Shown: one piece after another, positions 49,518-61,311 of the stretch
How the letters are laid out: the number at the start of each line of letters is the position of its first letter
How positions within the stretch are numbered: position 1 is the stretch's first letter
Assembly: GCA_043808095.1 (NCBI GenBank)
Contig: JAZDFF010000042.1
Location: forward strand, 38,667-102,666
Direction: 5' to 3'
Origin: Candidatus Omnitrophota bacterium
GTDB lineage: Bacteria; Omnitrophota; Gorgyraeia; JAZDFF01
DNA: 64,000 nt
Position numbers and translations under genes: made by a program
Notes under the pieces: generated by a model
Database searches by the model: none
What the model was told of the DNA's origin: nothing
What the model saw: only the letters and a program-made list of their open reading frames with translations

Positions 49518-51254
49518 CTATTCGCTACTCTTAATAAATATCTCTTCTATATTATGGAAGGCCCCGCCATAAGAAGTGGGATATAAATTTCCGAATTTAT
49601 TTTTTACGGCAAAAATTGAAGCCGGAAGCACCGTATAAATAACCGGAAGTTCTTGACTTACTATCTCTTGCCAGCGGTCGTAGAAGACCTTTCTTTTATC
49701 TCTATCTAGCTCCTGTACGCCCTTATCAAAAATATTATCAATCTCTTCCTCCCATTTAGTTAGAGGCTTAATTTGTTTTGGATGCCACAAATGCAGCTGG
49801 CCCCGTGAATGCCAGACGTTTCTTGAAAAATGCGGCTCAATGCCTCCGGTCAGGCCCAGAAGTATAGCGTCCCAATCAAAGGTAGAATCGAGTTTGGTAA
49901 CGAGGTTATTAAATTCTAAGGACAGGAGATTTACCTTCATGCCTAAATTTTCAAGGTCCTTTCTGATTATCCCGGCGATCTGAATCCTCTCGGTATTGCC
50001 CGAATTTGTAAGGAGGTTAAATTCAACCGTCCTTCCTTTTCGATCCTCGATAAATCCGTCAAGGTTGCGGTCAATAAATCCAGCGTCGCGCAAAATCTCT
50101 TTTGCCTTTTTTAAATCATACTCATATCTTGTTAGCCCGGGATTATAAAAAAAGCCCGAGCTCGGACTCATTGGCCCATCCTGATCAAATCCTAGCCCGT
50201 TTAAGACAATCTCAATCATCTTTTTCTTATCCAGGGCATGGGCGACTACCTTTCTAAAATCCAGATTACTAAACCAACTTAACTTAATGGGGTCAAAGAA
50301 TGGTTTTTGGTTCATGATGTTTATATCGGGATTCAGGTTAAAGACGAGGAAATCACTGCCAAAAGCAGGCCCGGTATTATAAACCGTGAAATTTTTCTCT
50401 TTTTCTCGGGGTTTTAAAATGGGAAAATCAGCGCCGCGCATGCCGTAATAATCAATCTCGCCTTCTAAGAATTTTAAGACGGCTACATCCGGACTCTGCA
50501 CAATTACAAAAATGACCTTATCCAAATAAGGCAGGCGCCTTGATTTAGCATCCCTCTTCCAATAATAGGGATTTCTTTCTAAGATAACATCCTCGCCCGG
50601 CCGGTACTTGGCTAATTTAAAAGGGCCGGTCCCTGTAACGTCTGCCGGTGAGGCATCTGTGCCCCAGGTAAAATTGAATTTGCCATCTTTGGCGGCTTTC
50701 TCCAATTTGTGTTTGGGCAGAATCTCCTGTGACATACTCATTAAAAAAGGCGCAAAAACAGTCGGAAGGGTAAATTTTACCGCATAGTCATCAATCTTCT
50801 CGACCTTAAACTGCTTACCCTCTACGGTAAAGATGTCTCTGGCTGAATTGGGAATATCGGGATTATAAATAAGTTCATTAAAGGTAAAAACTATATCGTC
50901 ACCGGTAAGCGGCACACCATCCGACCATCTTAAGCCCTTTCTTAAATAGAAAGTGATTTCTTTGCCATCTTTACTGACTAGCCACGCATGGGCTAAATTG
51001 GGTTCGACCTCGAGAGTTATGCCGTTAGTGCGGGTCAGGCCTTCAAAGATAAGGCCGGTTACGGCGGTAGTTGAGGTCTCTTTGGCAAGTATGGGATTAA
51101 AAGACTTGGGGTCTGAGGTGGTAGATAATATTAAATTGCCGCCTGACCTGCCGGCTTGAGGTTTGTAATCTTCGGCAGATACAGGACTAACCAGAGATAT
51201 AAATAAAAAAACTACCAGCAAAATCGGTAGTCTTAATAATTTTGTAAAATCCAT
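49518..51254 (-). CDS. Peptide ABC transporter substrate-binding protein (family 5)
   Basis: Signal peptide, DPKSFNP, LRKGLRWSDG, GTGPFKL, RNPYYW. Confidence 0.93.
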   Translation of the reverse strand: MDFTKLLRLPILLVVFLFISLVSPVSAEDYKPQAGRSGGNLILSTTSDPKSFNPILAKETSTTAVTGLIFEGLTRTNGITLEVEPNLAHAWLVSKDGKEITFYLRKGLRWSDGVPLTGDDIVFTFNELIYNPDIPNSARDIFTVEGKQFKVEKIDDYAVKFTLPTVFAPFLMSMSQEILPKHKLEKAAKDGKFNFTWGTDASPADVTGTGPFKLAKYRPGEDVILERNPYYWKRDAKSRRLPYLDKVIFVIVQSPDVAVLKFLEGEIDYYGMRGADFPILKPREKEKNFTVYNTGPAFGSDFLVFNLNPDINIMNQKPFFDPIKLSWFSNLDFRKVVAHALDKKKMIEIVLNGLGFDQDGPMSPSSGFFYNPGLTRYEYDLKKAKEILRDAGFIDRNLDGFIEDRKGRTVEFNLLTNSGNTERIQIAGIIRKDLENLGMKVNLLSLEFNNLVTKLDSTFDWDAILLGLTGGIEPHFSRNVWHSRGQLHLWHPKQIKPLTKWEEEIDNIFDKGVQELDRDKRKVFYDRWQEIVSQELPVIYTVLPASIFAVKNKFGNLYPTSYGGAFHNIEEIFIKSSE

Positions 51255-51261
51255 GATATTT

Positions 51262-51693
51262 TTATTTTTGAGTCGTTGAATCGGCTGTCGGAACAGATTC
51301 TTTTATATCTCCTTTTTTAGAAACCGCCTCTTGAGTTTCTGTGGTCTTGGGTTCGGTTAACTTGTCCGTTTGAGTTTCTTTTGGTGTTGTAGCAGGCGGC
51401 GGGGATGAGCCCAAAGGCAAAGCAGATTCTTCTTTAATGCTACTTTCAACTAAAGACTTGGACTTTTGAGTAGACAAAAATGCCAGGGATAAGGTAGTTA
51501 TAAAGAACAGGGTTACCAAAATTGTAGTGGCGCGCGCCATAAAAGTACTAGTCTTAGTGCCGAATATGGATTCAGCCGCGCTAAACGATTCAATCAAGCC
51601 TCCGCCTTTACCTGATTGTAAAAGCACGGCTATTATGAGCAATATAGATACAATGACATGAATGATGATTATAAAGATATACATAAAAAACAC
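51262..51693 (-). CDS. secG: Preprotein translocase subunit SecG
   Basis: VLLQSGKGGGL, two TM helices; follows tpiA; start may be ATG 51684. Confidence 0.92.
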   Translation of the reverse strand: MFFMYIFIIIIHVIVSILLIIAVLLQSGKGGGLIESFSAAESIFGTKTSTFMARATTILVTLFFITTLSLAFLSTQKSKSLVESSIKEESALPLGSSPPPATTPKETQTDKLTEPKTTETQEAVSKKGDIKESVPTADSTTQK

Positions 51694-51770
51694 CTAAATA
51701 TTTTATTTTAGCGACATCCGCAGAAGCGAAATAACGAAATTTATTCTACGAAGCCTTGGTGAAGTAGAAG

Positions 51771-52541
51771 TTATTGAGCGTAGGCGGATAATTTTATAAG
51801 CTGAACAAATGAATCTGTTTCAAGGCTTGCTCCGCCAACGAGGCCTCCATCCACATCCTCCTGGGCGATGATATCCTTAAAATTATCCGGCTTGATACTG
51901 CCGCCGTAAAGGATACGGATATTGCCGGCAACTTCTTTATTATACCACTTTAGAATCAAATTGCGAAGATATTTATGGACTTCCTGGGCCTCTTGAGGGG
52001 TTGCGTTTTTGCCTGTCCCGATTGCCCAGACCGGTTCATAGGCAATAGTTATCTTTAGCATATCCTCATTATTAATACTATCTAAGGCTGCCTTGAGCTG
52101 GACTTCGACCACCTCAAATGTCTTCTTGGCATCTCTCTCGGCCAATGTCTCTCCTATGCAGAGGATAGGCAGGATATCGGTCTTTAATGCTGCCTTTAAC
52201 TTTTTATTTACTGACTCATTGGTCTCAGAAAAATACTGCCTTCGCTCGGAATGGCCAATAATTACGTAGCTGCAGCCGACATCCTTTAACATGCCGGCAG
52301 AAACCTCGCCGGTATAAGCGCCGCTTTCTTTAAAGAACATATCCTGAGCACCTAATTTAATATCCGAATCACTGATAATCTCTGCAACTTCAGCAAGTGC
52401 CAGAAACGGCGGACAAAGCACTACCTCTACTCTATCCGTTAAGTCAAAGACTTCGCGCTTTATCCCATTGGCTAATTCAATAGCCTCAGAGATTTTCTTA
52501 TTCATCTTCCAGTTTCCGGCAATTAAAGGCTTTCTAATCAT
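51771..52541 (-). CDS. tpiA: Triosephosphate isomerase
   Basis: AGNWKMN, GHSERR, AYEPVWAIGTG, LVGGASL. Confidence 0.98.
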   Translation of the reverse strand: MIRKPLIAGNWKMNKKISEAIELANGIKREVFDLTDRVEVVLCPPFLALAEVAEIISDSDIKLGAQDMFFKESGAYTGEVSAGMLKDVGCSYVIIGHSERRQYFSETNESVNKKLKAALKTDILPILCIGETLAERDAKKTFEVVEVQLKAALDSINNEDMLKITIAYEPVWAIGTGKNATPQEAQEVHKYLRNLILKWYNKEVAGNIRILYGGSIKPDNFKDIIAQEDVDGGLVGGASLETDSFVQLIKLSAYAQ

Positions 52542-52544
52542 GAA

Positions 52545-53726
52545 TTATTTTTCAGTTAAAGCGGCAATCCCCGGCAAGACCTTGCCCTCTAAGAATTCCA
52601 GGCTTGCGCCGCCGCCAGTTGAGACATGGGTCATTTTATTCGCTAAACCCAATTTGGCAATACAGGCTGCAGTATCTCCGCCTCCGATAACCTTGGTTGC
52701 GCGCAGTTTACTGATAAATTTAGCCACATCAGTAGTGCCCTTGGCAAATGGTGCCATCTCAAATACGCCCAATGGCCCGTTCCAGACAATAGTCTTGGCA
52801 TCCTTTAAAACTCCATTAAACAGCTTTACCGTCTTTGGGCCGATATCTAAACCGATCCAGCCAGAAGGGATATTTTCAGCCTCTAACTTCACAATGGCAG
52901 CCGGATCAACCCTATCCGCCACGATATTATCAATGGGTAGGTATATATTAACACCTTTGCCTTTGGCCTTACTCAAGATATCCCTGGCTACATTTACTCT
53001 TTCGGCCTCAAATTTGGAATTTCCGATTTCTTTTCCCTGGACCTTCAGGAATGTATAGGCCATTCCTCCGCCGATAATAAGGCTATCTACTTTATTGAGT
53101 AAATTCTCGATAACCATAATCTTATCCGAGACCTTGGCCCCTCCCAAGATTGCGACAAACGGTTTTTTAGGATTTTCCAATAACTGGCCCAGATATTTTA
53201 TCTCCTTCTCTAATAAAAACCCGGCTGCGGATGTCAGGTATTTAGTTATGCCTTCTGTAGAGGCATGGGCGCGATGGGCAGTGCCAAAGGCATCATTGAT
53301 ATAAATATCCCCAAGAACCGACAGTTCCTTGGCGAAATCAGGGTCGTTTTTCTCCTCTTCGGGATGAAATCTTAGGTTCTCTAAAAGTATTACCTTTTCA
53401 AGGCTTGAGTCTACCTGACTTTTAATTCCAGGGCCCACGCAATCATCCAATTTTTTCACGCTTATGCCAAGAAGACTCTTGAGCCTATTGGCTACGGGAT
53501 TAAGACGCAGCCTATCCACAACCTTTCCCTCGGGCCTGCCCAGGTGGCTCATCAGGATTACTTTTTTGGCAAGTTTCTCTAAGACATATTTTATAGTGGC
53601 CAAGCTCTCTCGTATACGCGTGTCATCCGTAATATTCAGGTTATCGTCTAAAGGGACATTGAAATCACAGCGGATCAATACCTTTTTATCTTTAAGATCC
53701 AGGTCTTTTAGGGTAAGTTTTGCCAT
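52545..53726 (-). CDS. pgk: Phosphoglycerate kinase
   Basis: [37 protein letters not shown]. Confidence 0.98.
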   Translation of the reverse strand: MAKLTLKDLDLKDKKVLIRCDFNVPLDDNLNITDDTRIRESLATIKYVLEKLAKKVILMSHLGRPEGKVVDRLRLNPVANRLKSLLGISVKKLDDCVGPGIKSQVDSSLEKVILLENLRFHPEEEKNDPDFAKELSVLGDIYINDAFGTAHRAHASTEGITKYLTSAAGFLLEKEIKYLGQLLENPKKPFVAILGGAKVSDKIMVIENLLNKVDSLIIGGGMAYTFLKVQGKEIGNSKFEAERVNVARDILSKAKGKGVNIYLPIDNIVADRVDPAAIVKLEAENIPSGWIGLDIGPKTVKLFNGVLKDAKTIVWNGPLGVFEMAPFAKGTTDVAKFISKLRATKVIGGGDTAACIAKLGLANKMTHVSTGGGASLEFLEGKVLPGIAALTEK

Positions 53727-53814
53727 TTGTGAATTCCTTTTTGATAATTATAAAACCCTAAGATTGCCATATTTTACAATAGCTATATTTGATTGTCAAC
53801 CAATGATTTAAAAC

Positions 53815-55191
53815 TTATGATTCTTTTTCCAGGCTATTTTTGGATATCCCTTTAACCGGTTTTTGGGGGTAATCTCCGTTAAAACAGGCAGTACAGAATT
53901 CTTCTTTGGCCAAAGGCATGGACCCAAGCATCCCTTCAAGACTGAGATACCCAAGGCTATCAACTGCGATAAAATCCTTTATCCAGTCTATAGAATGCCC
54001 TGAGGCGATTAATTCTTTTTTGGTGGGAAAATCTATCCCGTAGAAACAGGGGAATTTTAGTGGCGGGCAGCTGATGCGCATATGAATTTCTTTTGCGCCT
54101 GCCTGCCTTAAATTCCTGATCCTGCTTTTAGAGGTCGTCCCGCGCACAATAGAATCCTCTACTACTATTATCCTTTTGTCTTTCAAGATATCTTTAATGG
54201 GATTCAGTTTTATCTTTACCCTGAAATCCCGGACAAGCTGCGAAGGTTGGATAAATGTCCTGCCGATATAGTGATTACGTATGAGGCCAACTTCAAAAGG
54301 AATTTTCGATTCCTCGGCAAAACCTAAGGCTGCATAATTGCCCGAATCCGGTATGGACATAACAAAATCGGCATCTCTAGGATATTCCTTGGCAAGTTGT
54401 CTTCCTAGTTGCTTTCTTGCATAATAGACGTTATGGCCAAAGATATTACTGTCCGGACGGGCAAAATAAATATATTCAAAGATACAAAAGGCATGGCGGC
54501 TGGCTTTAAACGGTTTGATGGAGTTTAACCCGGTCTTATCAATAAAGACAATTTCACCCGGCTCGACATCACGGATATAGCTTGCGCCGATTAAATCCAG
54601 GGCACAGGTCTCTGAGGCTATGCAATAAGCCCCGTCGATTTCCCCAAGACAAAGCGGCCGCCAGCCATAAGGATCCCGGGCGCCAACTAGCATATCCCCG
54701 ATCATCAAAACCAAAGAATATGCGCCTTCTATCTTAGATAGAGTTTCGGTTAAATTTTCTTTGTAATCTTTGTTACAAGACCTGGCCAATAGGTGAATCA
54801 CGATTTCTGAATCCATAGTTGTCTGAAAGATTGAGCCGTTTTTTTCTAGTTCATGGCGGAGATTTACGGTATTGATAAAATTACCATTATGGGCGACTGC
54901 CAAAGGTAGCTTCTTGAAATTGGCAAAACAAGGCTGGATATTTTTAGAGGTACTTGAGCCGGTTGTGGAATAACGGTTGTGGCCGAGCGATACGTGGCCG
55001 CGCAGGCCTTTGATTATCTTTTCATTGAAGACATCCGGGACAAGGCCCATGCCCTTATAAGCGGATACCTTCTTTCCGTTATAGGCCACAATTCCGCAGG
55101 ATTCTTCACCCCGATGCTGCAGGGCATATAGGCCTAAATAGGTAAGCCTGGCGCTATCTTTATGTCCGTATATCCCGAATATTCCGCACAT
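53815..55191 (-). CDS. purF: Amidophosphoribosyltransferase
   Basis: N-terminal CG, LQHRG, HNRYST, EDSIVRGTT, PCFYGID, CTAC. Confidence 0.97.
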   Translation of the reverse strand: MCGIFGIYGHKDSARLTYLGLYALQHRGEESCGIVAYNGKKVSAYKGMGLVPDVFNEKIIKGLRGHVSLGHNRYSTTGSSTSKNIQPCFANFKKLPLAVAHNGNFINTVNLRHELEKNGSIFQTTMDSEIVIHLLARSCNKDYKENLTETLSKIEGAYSLVLMIGDMLVGARDPYGWRPLCLGEIDGAYCIASETCALDLIGASYIRDVEPGEIVFIDKTGLNSIKPFKASRHAFCIFEYIYFARPDSNIFGHNVYYARKQLGRQLAKEYPRDADFVMSIPDSGNYAALGFAEESKIPFEVGLIRNHYIGRTFIQPSQLVRDFRVKIKLNPIKDILKDKRIIVVEDSIVRGTTSKSRIRNLRQAGAKEIHMRISCPPLKFPCFYGIDFPTKKELIASGHSIDWIKDFIAVDSLGYLSLEGMLGSMPLAKEEFCTACFNGDYPQKPVKGISKNSLEKES

Positions 55192-55224
55192 GTAATTTTA
55201 TTATAGGGCAAGTTACACTTGGCG

Positions 55225-55920
55225 TCAACGCCTCTTTATTTTCGGCCCGCAGACCTTAACGCATACCCCGCAGATATATTGATCAACTAATTTATTCTTT
55301 TGAAACTCCCTTAATTTTTCAAAACAGGCCAAATGTTCGAAGTCGTCGGGTTTTAGTTTAATGGCCTTGGCCGGACAAACCAAGATGCACTCCCGGCAAC
55401 TGGCACAGCTGTCTTTAGCCGGGGCATCAAATTTTAAGGGGTAGTTAGTTAAAATACTCACTAACCTGAACTGACTGCCTATCTTCTTGTTGACCAGGAG
55501 ATTATTCCTGCCAATCCAGCCTAACCCAGCCAAACGACCTATCTTTTTATGCGATAAATGTCCGGCCTGCTTCTGCCAATCTGTAATCTGCGATGCCGGT
55601 ATGGGCAGGGCGAGAAACCCTTTGCCTTGAATGAAATTGGATAGCCTAAGCGCTAGCTGATCCAGAAAATTATTAATACTGCGGTAATGATGGAAATACA
55701 GTTTTGTAGGATGGTCTGTTATCTCTTCTAAAACAGCCCCGGATAATCTTACGCCCAGCGAGATGCCATTATCAAGTTTTGGAAGGACCACTCTTGATAA
55801 AGAAAAATCTTTTTTTATTTTGGATATATCAGCGACCCCGAAAAGATCTGCCCCTGCCTCAAGACAAAGTCCTTTTAGTTTCCTATAATTTAATTCTTTA
55901 TTCGGTTTTAGTCTTGGCAT
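55225..55920 (-). CDS. QueG/reductive-dehalogenase-like 4Fe-4S protein
   Basis: LSHK..G.LAGLGWIGRNNL, CASCRECILVCP, CGVCVKVC. Confidence 0.8.
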   Translation of the reverse strand: MPRLKPNKELNYRKLKGLCLEAGADLFGVADISKIKKDFSLSRVVLPKLDNGISLGVRLSGAVLEEITDHPTKLYFHHYRSINNFLDQLALRLSNFIQGKGFLALPIPASQITDWQKQAGHLSHKKIGRLAGLGWIGRNNLLVNKKIGSQFRLVSILTNYPLKFDAPAKDSCASCRECILVCPAKAIKLKPDDFEHLACFEKLREFQKNKLVDQYICGVCVKVCGPKIKRR

Positions 55921-57772
55921 ATTTTTTAAGCCATACCATTAGGATAGAGACGGCACAAGGGGTAACCCCGGAAATCCTGCTCGCCTGGCCCAGGCTTATA
56001 GGTCGGTGTTTCCCGAGTTTTTCTACGATCTCCCGCGACAGACCCGGCACTTTAGCATAAATAAAATCCTGGGGTAACTTTATTTTCTCTAAATTTCTGA
56101 AGCGCTCGATATTGGATAATTCCCTCTGGATAAAACCCTGGTATTTAATTGCAATCTCAACCTGCTGGATAATATTATCCGCAAGCTCAAGTTCAGAGTG
56201 ATTTAGTTCTTTTATTAGGGAATAAGAAATCTCCGGCCGTTTAAGCAGGTCTTCCAGGCTAATCGGACGCAGTATCTGGCTAGAGCGCCATTTTTTCAGT
56301 TTGTCGTTAACCTCTTTGTTCGGATGCAATTTGATTTCTTTAAGCCTTTTTAGTTCTTGACCTATCAGTGCTTTCTTCACTTCGGTCTTTCTAAAATTTT
56401 CTTCACTTACGAGGTGGGCCTTATAACCGAATTGGGCCAAACGCAGGTCTGCATTGTCTTCTCTTAAAATGAGACGATATTCTACCCGGGAGGTAAACAT
56501 CCGATAAGGTTCATTCGTTCCCTTAGTCACGAGGTCATCAATTAATACGCCGATATAACTATTTGAGCGGTCTAAAATTAAAGGCGGCTCGTTTTTTATC
56601 TTTAGGCCGGCGTTAATGCCGGCAACTATGCCCTGAGCAGCTGCCTCTTCATAACCGGTAGTCCCATTGATCTGCCCGGCAAGATACAGGCCTTCGATTA
56701 ACTTTGTCTCTAAAGTCGGATAAAGCATGGTTGAATCCACCACCGTATGTTCAATCCCATAGCCCGGCCGAAGAATTTTTGCCTGCCTTAGGCCATCAAT
56801 CGAATGTATCATCTTGATTTGAATATCAAGCGGCAGGCTCGTAGAAAGGCCGTTAGGATAGACTTCAAAAGTATTGCGGCCTTCCGGCTCTAAAAATATC
56901 TGGTGCCTTTCTTTGTCCGCAAATTTTACGATTTTATCTTCAATGGAAGGACAATACCTGACTCCGGTGGCCTTGATTTTTCCGGTATAAAGCGGCGAGT
57001 ATTTCAGGCCGGCGCGGATAATCTTATGCGTCTTTTTGTTGGTATGGGTGATGTGGCAGGGGATCTGCTCAATGGTCTTAGATGCCGTGGAAAAAGAAAA
57101 GAATACCGGGTCTTTATCCGGCTCCTGCCTGGCCAAACTCGTAAAATCTATGGACCTGGAATCCAGGCGCGCGCAGGTTCCGGTTTTAAACCTGAGGAGT
57201 CGAAAACCCAGCCTCTTTAAATCCCTGGATAGACCTATACTTGCCGATTCACTGAGACGGCCTCCGGGAAAAGACTTGAGGCCAATATGGATAAGGCCAT
57301 CTAGGAATGTGCCCGGGGCCAGGATTAAAGCGCGGCATAAAAATTTTTCGTCGGCTGAAGTAACAATCCCTTTAATCTTTTCTGCGTTGACAATGATACT
57401 CTCTACCTCTGCCTGCCTTAAAAAGAGATTTTCCTGTCTCTCAAGGACCGATTTCATGTAGAGCCGATATTGCTGGCGGTCTGACTGGCAACGCGAAGAC
57501 CTGACTGCCTGGCCTTTAGAGGCATTAAGTAAGCGGAACTGAATTGCCGTAGCATCGGCAGCGCGGGCCATTTCACCGCCTAAGGCATCCACCTCTTTTA
57601 CTAATTGGCCCTTACCCACTCCGCCTATGGCTGGATTGCAGGACATTAAACCAATGGTATCAAGGTTCATACTCAAAAGGAGCGTATAAAGCCCCATCCT
57701 GGCACAGGCCAGAGAAGCCTCGATCCCGGCATGGCCTGCCCCGACAACTATACAATCAAACCTTTCTGCCAT
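55898..57772 (-). CDS. mnmG: tRNA uridine-5-carboxymethylaminomethyl modification enzyme
   Basis: GAGHAGIEA, MSCNPAIGG, RYCPSIEDK, AGQINGTTGYEEAAAQG, EPYRMFTSR. Confidence 0.98.
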   Translation of the reverse strand: MAERFDCIVVGAGHAGIEASLACARMGLYTLLLSMNLDTIGLMSCNPAIGGVGKGQLVKEVDALGGEMARAADATAIQFRLLNASKGQAVRSSRCQSDRQQYRLYMKSVLERQENLFLRQAEVESIIVNAEKIKGIVTSADEKFLCRALILAPGTFLDGLIHIGLKSFPGGRLSESASIGLSRDLKRLGFRLLRFKTGTCARLDSRSIDFTSLARQEPDKDPVFFSFSTASKTIEQIPCHITHTNKKTHKIIRAGLKYSPLYTGKIKATGVRYCPSIEDKIVKFADKERHQIFLEPEGRNTFEVYPNGLSTSLPLDIQIKMIHSIDGLRQAKILRPGYGIEHTVVDSTMLYPTLETKLIEGLYLAGQINGTTGYEEAAAQGIVAGINAGLKIKNEPPLILDRSNSYIGVLIDDLVTKGTNEPYRMFTSRVEYRLILREDNADLRLAQFGYKAHLVSEENFRKTEVKKALIGQELKRLKEIKLHPNKEVNDKLKKWRSSQILRPISLEDLLKRPEISYSLIKELNHSELELADNIIQQVEIAIKYQGFIQRELSNIERFRNLEKIKLPQDFIYAKVPGLSREIVEKLGKHRPISLGQASRISGVTPCAVSILMVWLKKYAKTKTE

Positions 57773-57831
57773 CTAAAATTTTTACCCCTTATGGAAATTT
57801 TTTACAAGGAAAATCTAAGAGGAAAGTATTG

Positions 57832-57877
57832 AAAAATAACAAGGCACATTGTCTTTTGCCTTATAACAACGTGCCTT
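57832..57877 (-). terminator. Possible intrinsic terminator after gap
   Basis: aaggcacattgt / acaacgtgcctt stem followed by gttattttt on the minus strand. Confidence 0.4.
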
Positions 57878-57894
57878 ATATTAATTTTGGGGGT

Positions 57895-58908
<1,014 letters not shown>

Positions 58909-58925
58909 TTAAACCTCCTCAATGA

Positions 58926-59021
58926 CCCCGACGTTACGTCGGGGGGAATTCCTGCCTGCCGGCAGGGATCCCCGCCCATTTTTACCTTAAACCTAAGCCA
59001 TCCTTGTTAAAGGGGCGGGGT
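58926..59021. repeat. Palindrome cluster upstream of gap
   Basis: ccccgacgttacgtcgggg; cctgcctgccggcagg; ccccgccc..gggcgggg. Confidence 0.7.
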
Positions 59022-59042
59022 ACATTAATTTAAAGTTAACTA

Positions 59043-60044
59043 TTATTTAGCTTCTCTTAAGTACTTAGCAGCCATTTCTGGCGGCGTTGACACGATATAA
59101 AAACCTGTCCCCCATTCAAAACCTGCGGTCCTGGCAAGGCGCGGCATAATCTCAAGATGCCAGTGATATCCGCCTTCTTTATCCGGATCATCTAAAATTG
59201 GTGAAGTATGGATGATGAAATTGTAAGATGGGTCGTTTAGAGTTACCCTGATTCTTCTTAGGGTCTCTTTTAGAACCTTGGCCATATCGGATATCTCTTC
59301 ATTAGTAATATGAAAGAAATATGGGTTGTGTTTTTTGGGGACAATCCAGGTCTCAAACGCAAATCTTGAGACGAACGGGCAGAAAGCCAAAAAATGTTTT
59401 GATTCCAAAACTAAGCGCCCTTTATCCTGCATCTCCTGGGACATGATATCGCAGAAAATGCAGCGCTCTCTGAATTCAAAATAATCTAAGGAACCCTTGA
59501 TTTCCTCAGCAACATTCTTGGGTATCATAGGAAGCGCAATGAGTTGCGAGTGCGGATGGGTAAGAGATGCCCCGGCAGATAATCCGTAATTTTTAAAGAC
59601 CAAGGTATATTTAAACCGTTTATCACGCAACAAATCAATAGCCCGACGACAGTACATATGTATGATATCGTCTACTTCTTGGTCAAGAAGATCAGGTATG
59701 TTCTTGTGATGATAAGGGGTTTCAATAATTACCTCGTGAGCACCAATACCGTTAGACATATCAAAGATTCCTACGCCGCGCCTGGCCAAATCGCCCTCAA
59801 CCTGTAAGGCCGGGAATTTATTCGGTACGACTCTCACCGTCCAACCAGGGGTATTCGGGCTGGTCCTTGAATCCCGCACTGCCTCTATTTCAGGAGGAGT
59901 CTGAGCTTCGTTTCCGTAACAAAAAGGACACTTATCATCCTTGACAGGATGCATTTCCGTTTCGAAATCTTGCGGCTTTTTGGGCTCATCAGTTTCTACA
60001 ATTACCCAGCGGGCGACTATAGGATCTTTTCTTAATTCTGCCAA
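59043..60044 (-). CDS. galT: GalT-family nucleotidyltransferase, HPH motif intact
   Basis: ELRKDP, CPFC, VPNKFPAL, HEVIIETP, THPHSQ, WHLEI. Confidence 0.92.
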   Translation of the reverse strand: MAELRKDPIVARWVIVETDEPKKPQDFETEMHPVKDDKCPFCYGNEAQTPPEIEAVRDSRTSPNTPGWTVRVVPNKFPALQVEGDLARRGVGIFDMSNGIGAHEVIIETPYHHKNIPDLLDQEVDDIIHMYCRRAIDLLRDKRFKYTLVFKNYGLSAGASLTHPHSQLIALPMIPKNVAEEIKGSLDYFEFRERCIFCDIMSQEMQDKGRLVLESKHFLAFCPFVSRFAFETWIVPKKHNPYFFHITNEEISDMAKVLKETLRRIRVTLNDPSYNFIIHTSPILDDPDKEGGYHWHLEIMPRLARTAGFEWGTGFYIVSTPPEMAAKYLREAK

Positions 60045-60062
60045 ATTAAGGCCTCCTTAATG

Positions 60063-60163
60063 AGCCCCTGCCGCTTTGATTCGCTTTGCTCATCAAAGCG
60101 AATCAGCAGGGGGGATAAATCAGACATACAATTTACGTTCACTTCGTTCCGTAAATTGTGTCT
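60063..60163. repeat. Two palindromes between the galT paralogs
   Basis: gcccctgccgctttgattcgc..gcgaatcagcagggg; acaatttacg-ttcacttcgttc-cgtaaattgt. Confidence 0.75.
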
Positions 60164-60167
60164 TCAT

Positions 60168-61190
60168 TTAGACTTCCGTTTCCCTCATGAATTTTGCCGC
60201 GCTTTCAGGCGGCGTAGGACAGATATAAAAACCCGTACCCCACTCAAAACCCGCAACCCGAGTAAGCCTTGGGGTTATCTCTAAATGCCAGTGATAATCC
60301 TGGTCAATAGTCTTCCAATAACCTGCCTTGGGTCTTCTTAATGGAGCGGTATGTAATATAAAATTATAGGGCGGGTCATTAACACACTTCTTTAATTTAA
60401 GTAGAACTGTTTTTAATACCTGCGACAGGTCAGCTATCATCTGCGGTTTAATAGCCTGAAAATCGCAGGCATGTTCTTTGGGCAATATCCAGACCTCAAA
60501 AGGATAACGGCAGGCAAAGGGTACAACTGCTACAAAACCATCGATATCCAAGACAAGCCTTTCTTTACTTTCTAATTCCTGGCGAATTAAATCGCAGAAG
60601 ACACAGCGTTCGTGGTAATTAAAATAACGTTTAGACCCCTCAAGTTCTTCTTTTACCCGGCGGGGAGTAACAGGAGTGGCAATCAATTGAGAGCGCGCAT
60701 GTTTAATCCTTCCGGCGCCTGCGGCCCAGCCATAGTTTTTAAAAAGCAATATATATTTAAAACGCTTATCTTTCTCTAAATCAAAGACCCTGTCTTTAAA
60801 ACAATTAATAACCTTATTAATCTGCTCGGCCGACAAATCCGCAATATTACTGATATGATTAGGGGTCTCGATAATCACTTCATGCGCGCCTATGCCATTC
60901 ATCACATCAAAAAGGCCTTCTCCGCGCCTATCCAGGCCGCCTTCTATGCGAAGCAGCGGCTTGATGCTTGGTACAACTCTGACCTCCCAACCAGGTCCGT
61001 TTGCCCTGGTACGGGCAGGCCTAACCGCCATAATCTCAGGAGGGGTCTCGGATTCATGGCCTTCACAAAAAGGACACGTTCCTTCCTGAGGACCGGCCTC
61101 CATCTGGCCAAACTGATCAGGCCGTTTTGCCCTCTCAGTAGCAATAATAACCCAGCGACCGATTATAGGATCTTTTCTTAATTCCGGCAT
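60168..61190 (-). CDS. GalT-family paralog with HPH replaced by HAR
   Basis: Colinear with the downstream galT; motif reads KHARSQ. Confidence 0.9.
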   Translation of the reverse strand: MPELRKDPIIGRWVIIATERAKRPDQFGQMEAGPQEGTCPFCEGHESETPPEIMAVRPARTRANGPGWEVRVVPSIKPLLRIEGGLDRRGEGLFDVMNGIGAHEVIIETPNHISNIADLSAEQINKVINCFKDRVFDLEKDKRFKYILLFKNYGWAAGAGRIKHARSQLIATPVTPRRVKEELEGSKRYFNYHERCVFCDLIRQELESKERLVLDIDGFVAVVPFACRYPFEVWILPKEHACDFQAIKPQMIADLSQVLKTVLLKLKKCVNDPPYNFILHTAPLRRPKAGYWKTIDQDYHWHLEITPRLTRVAGFEWGTGFYICPTPPESAAKFMRETEV

Positions 61191-61311
61191 AGCCTTCGTT
61201 TAACTGGAGGAGTTTACAATAATCTGTTTACAGTAAAAGATTTTTTTTACACAATTTACTAAAAAGTAACTCTCAAATTATATCACAGATGAAATCCGAT
61301 GCAAGAAAAAT

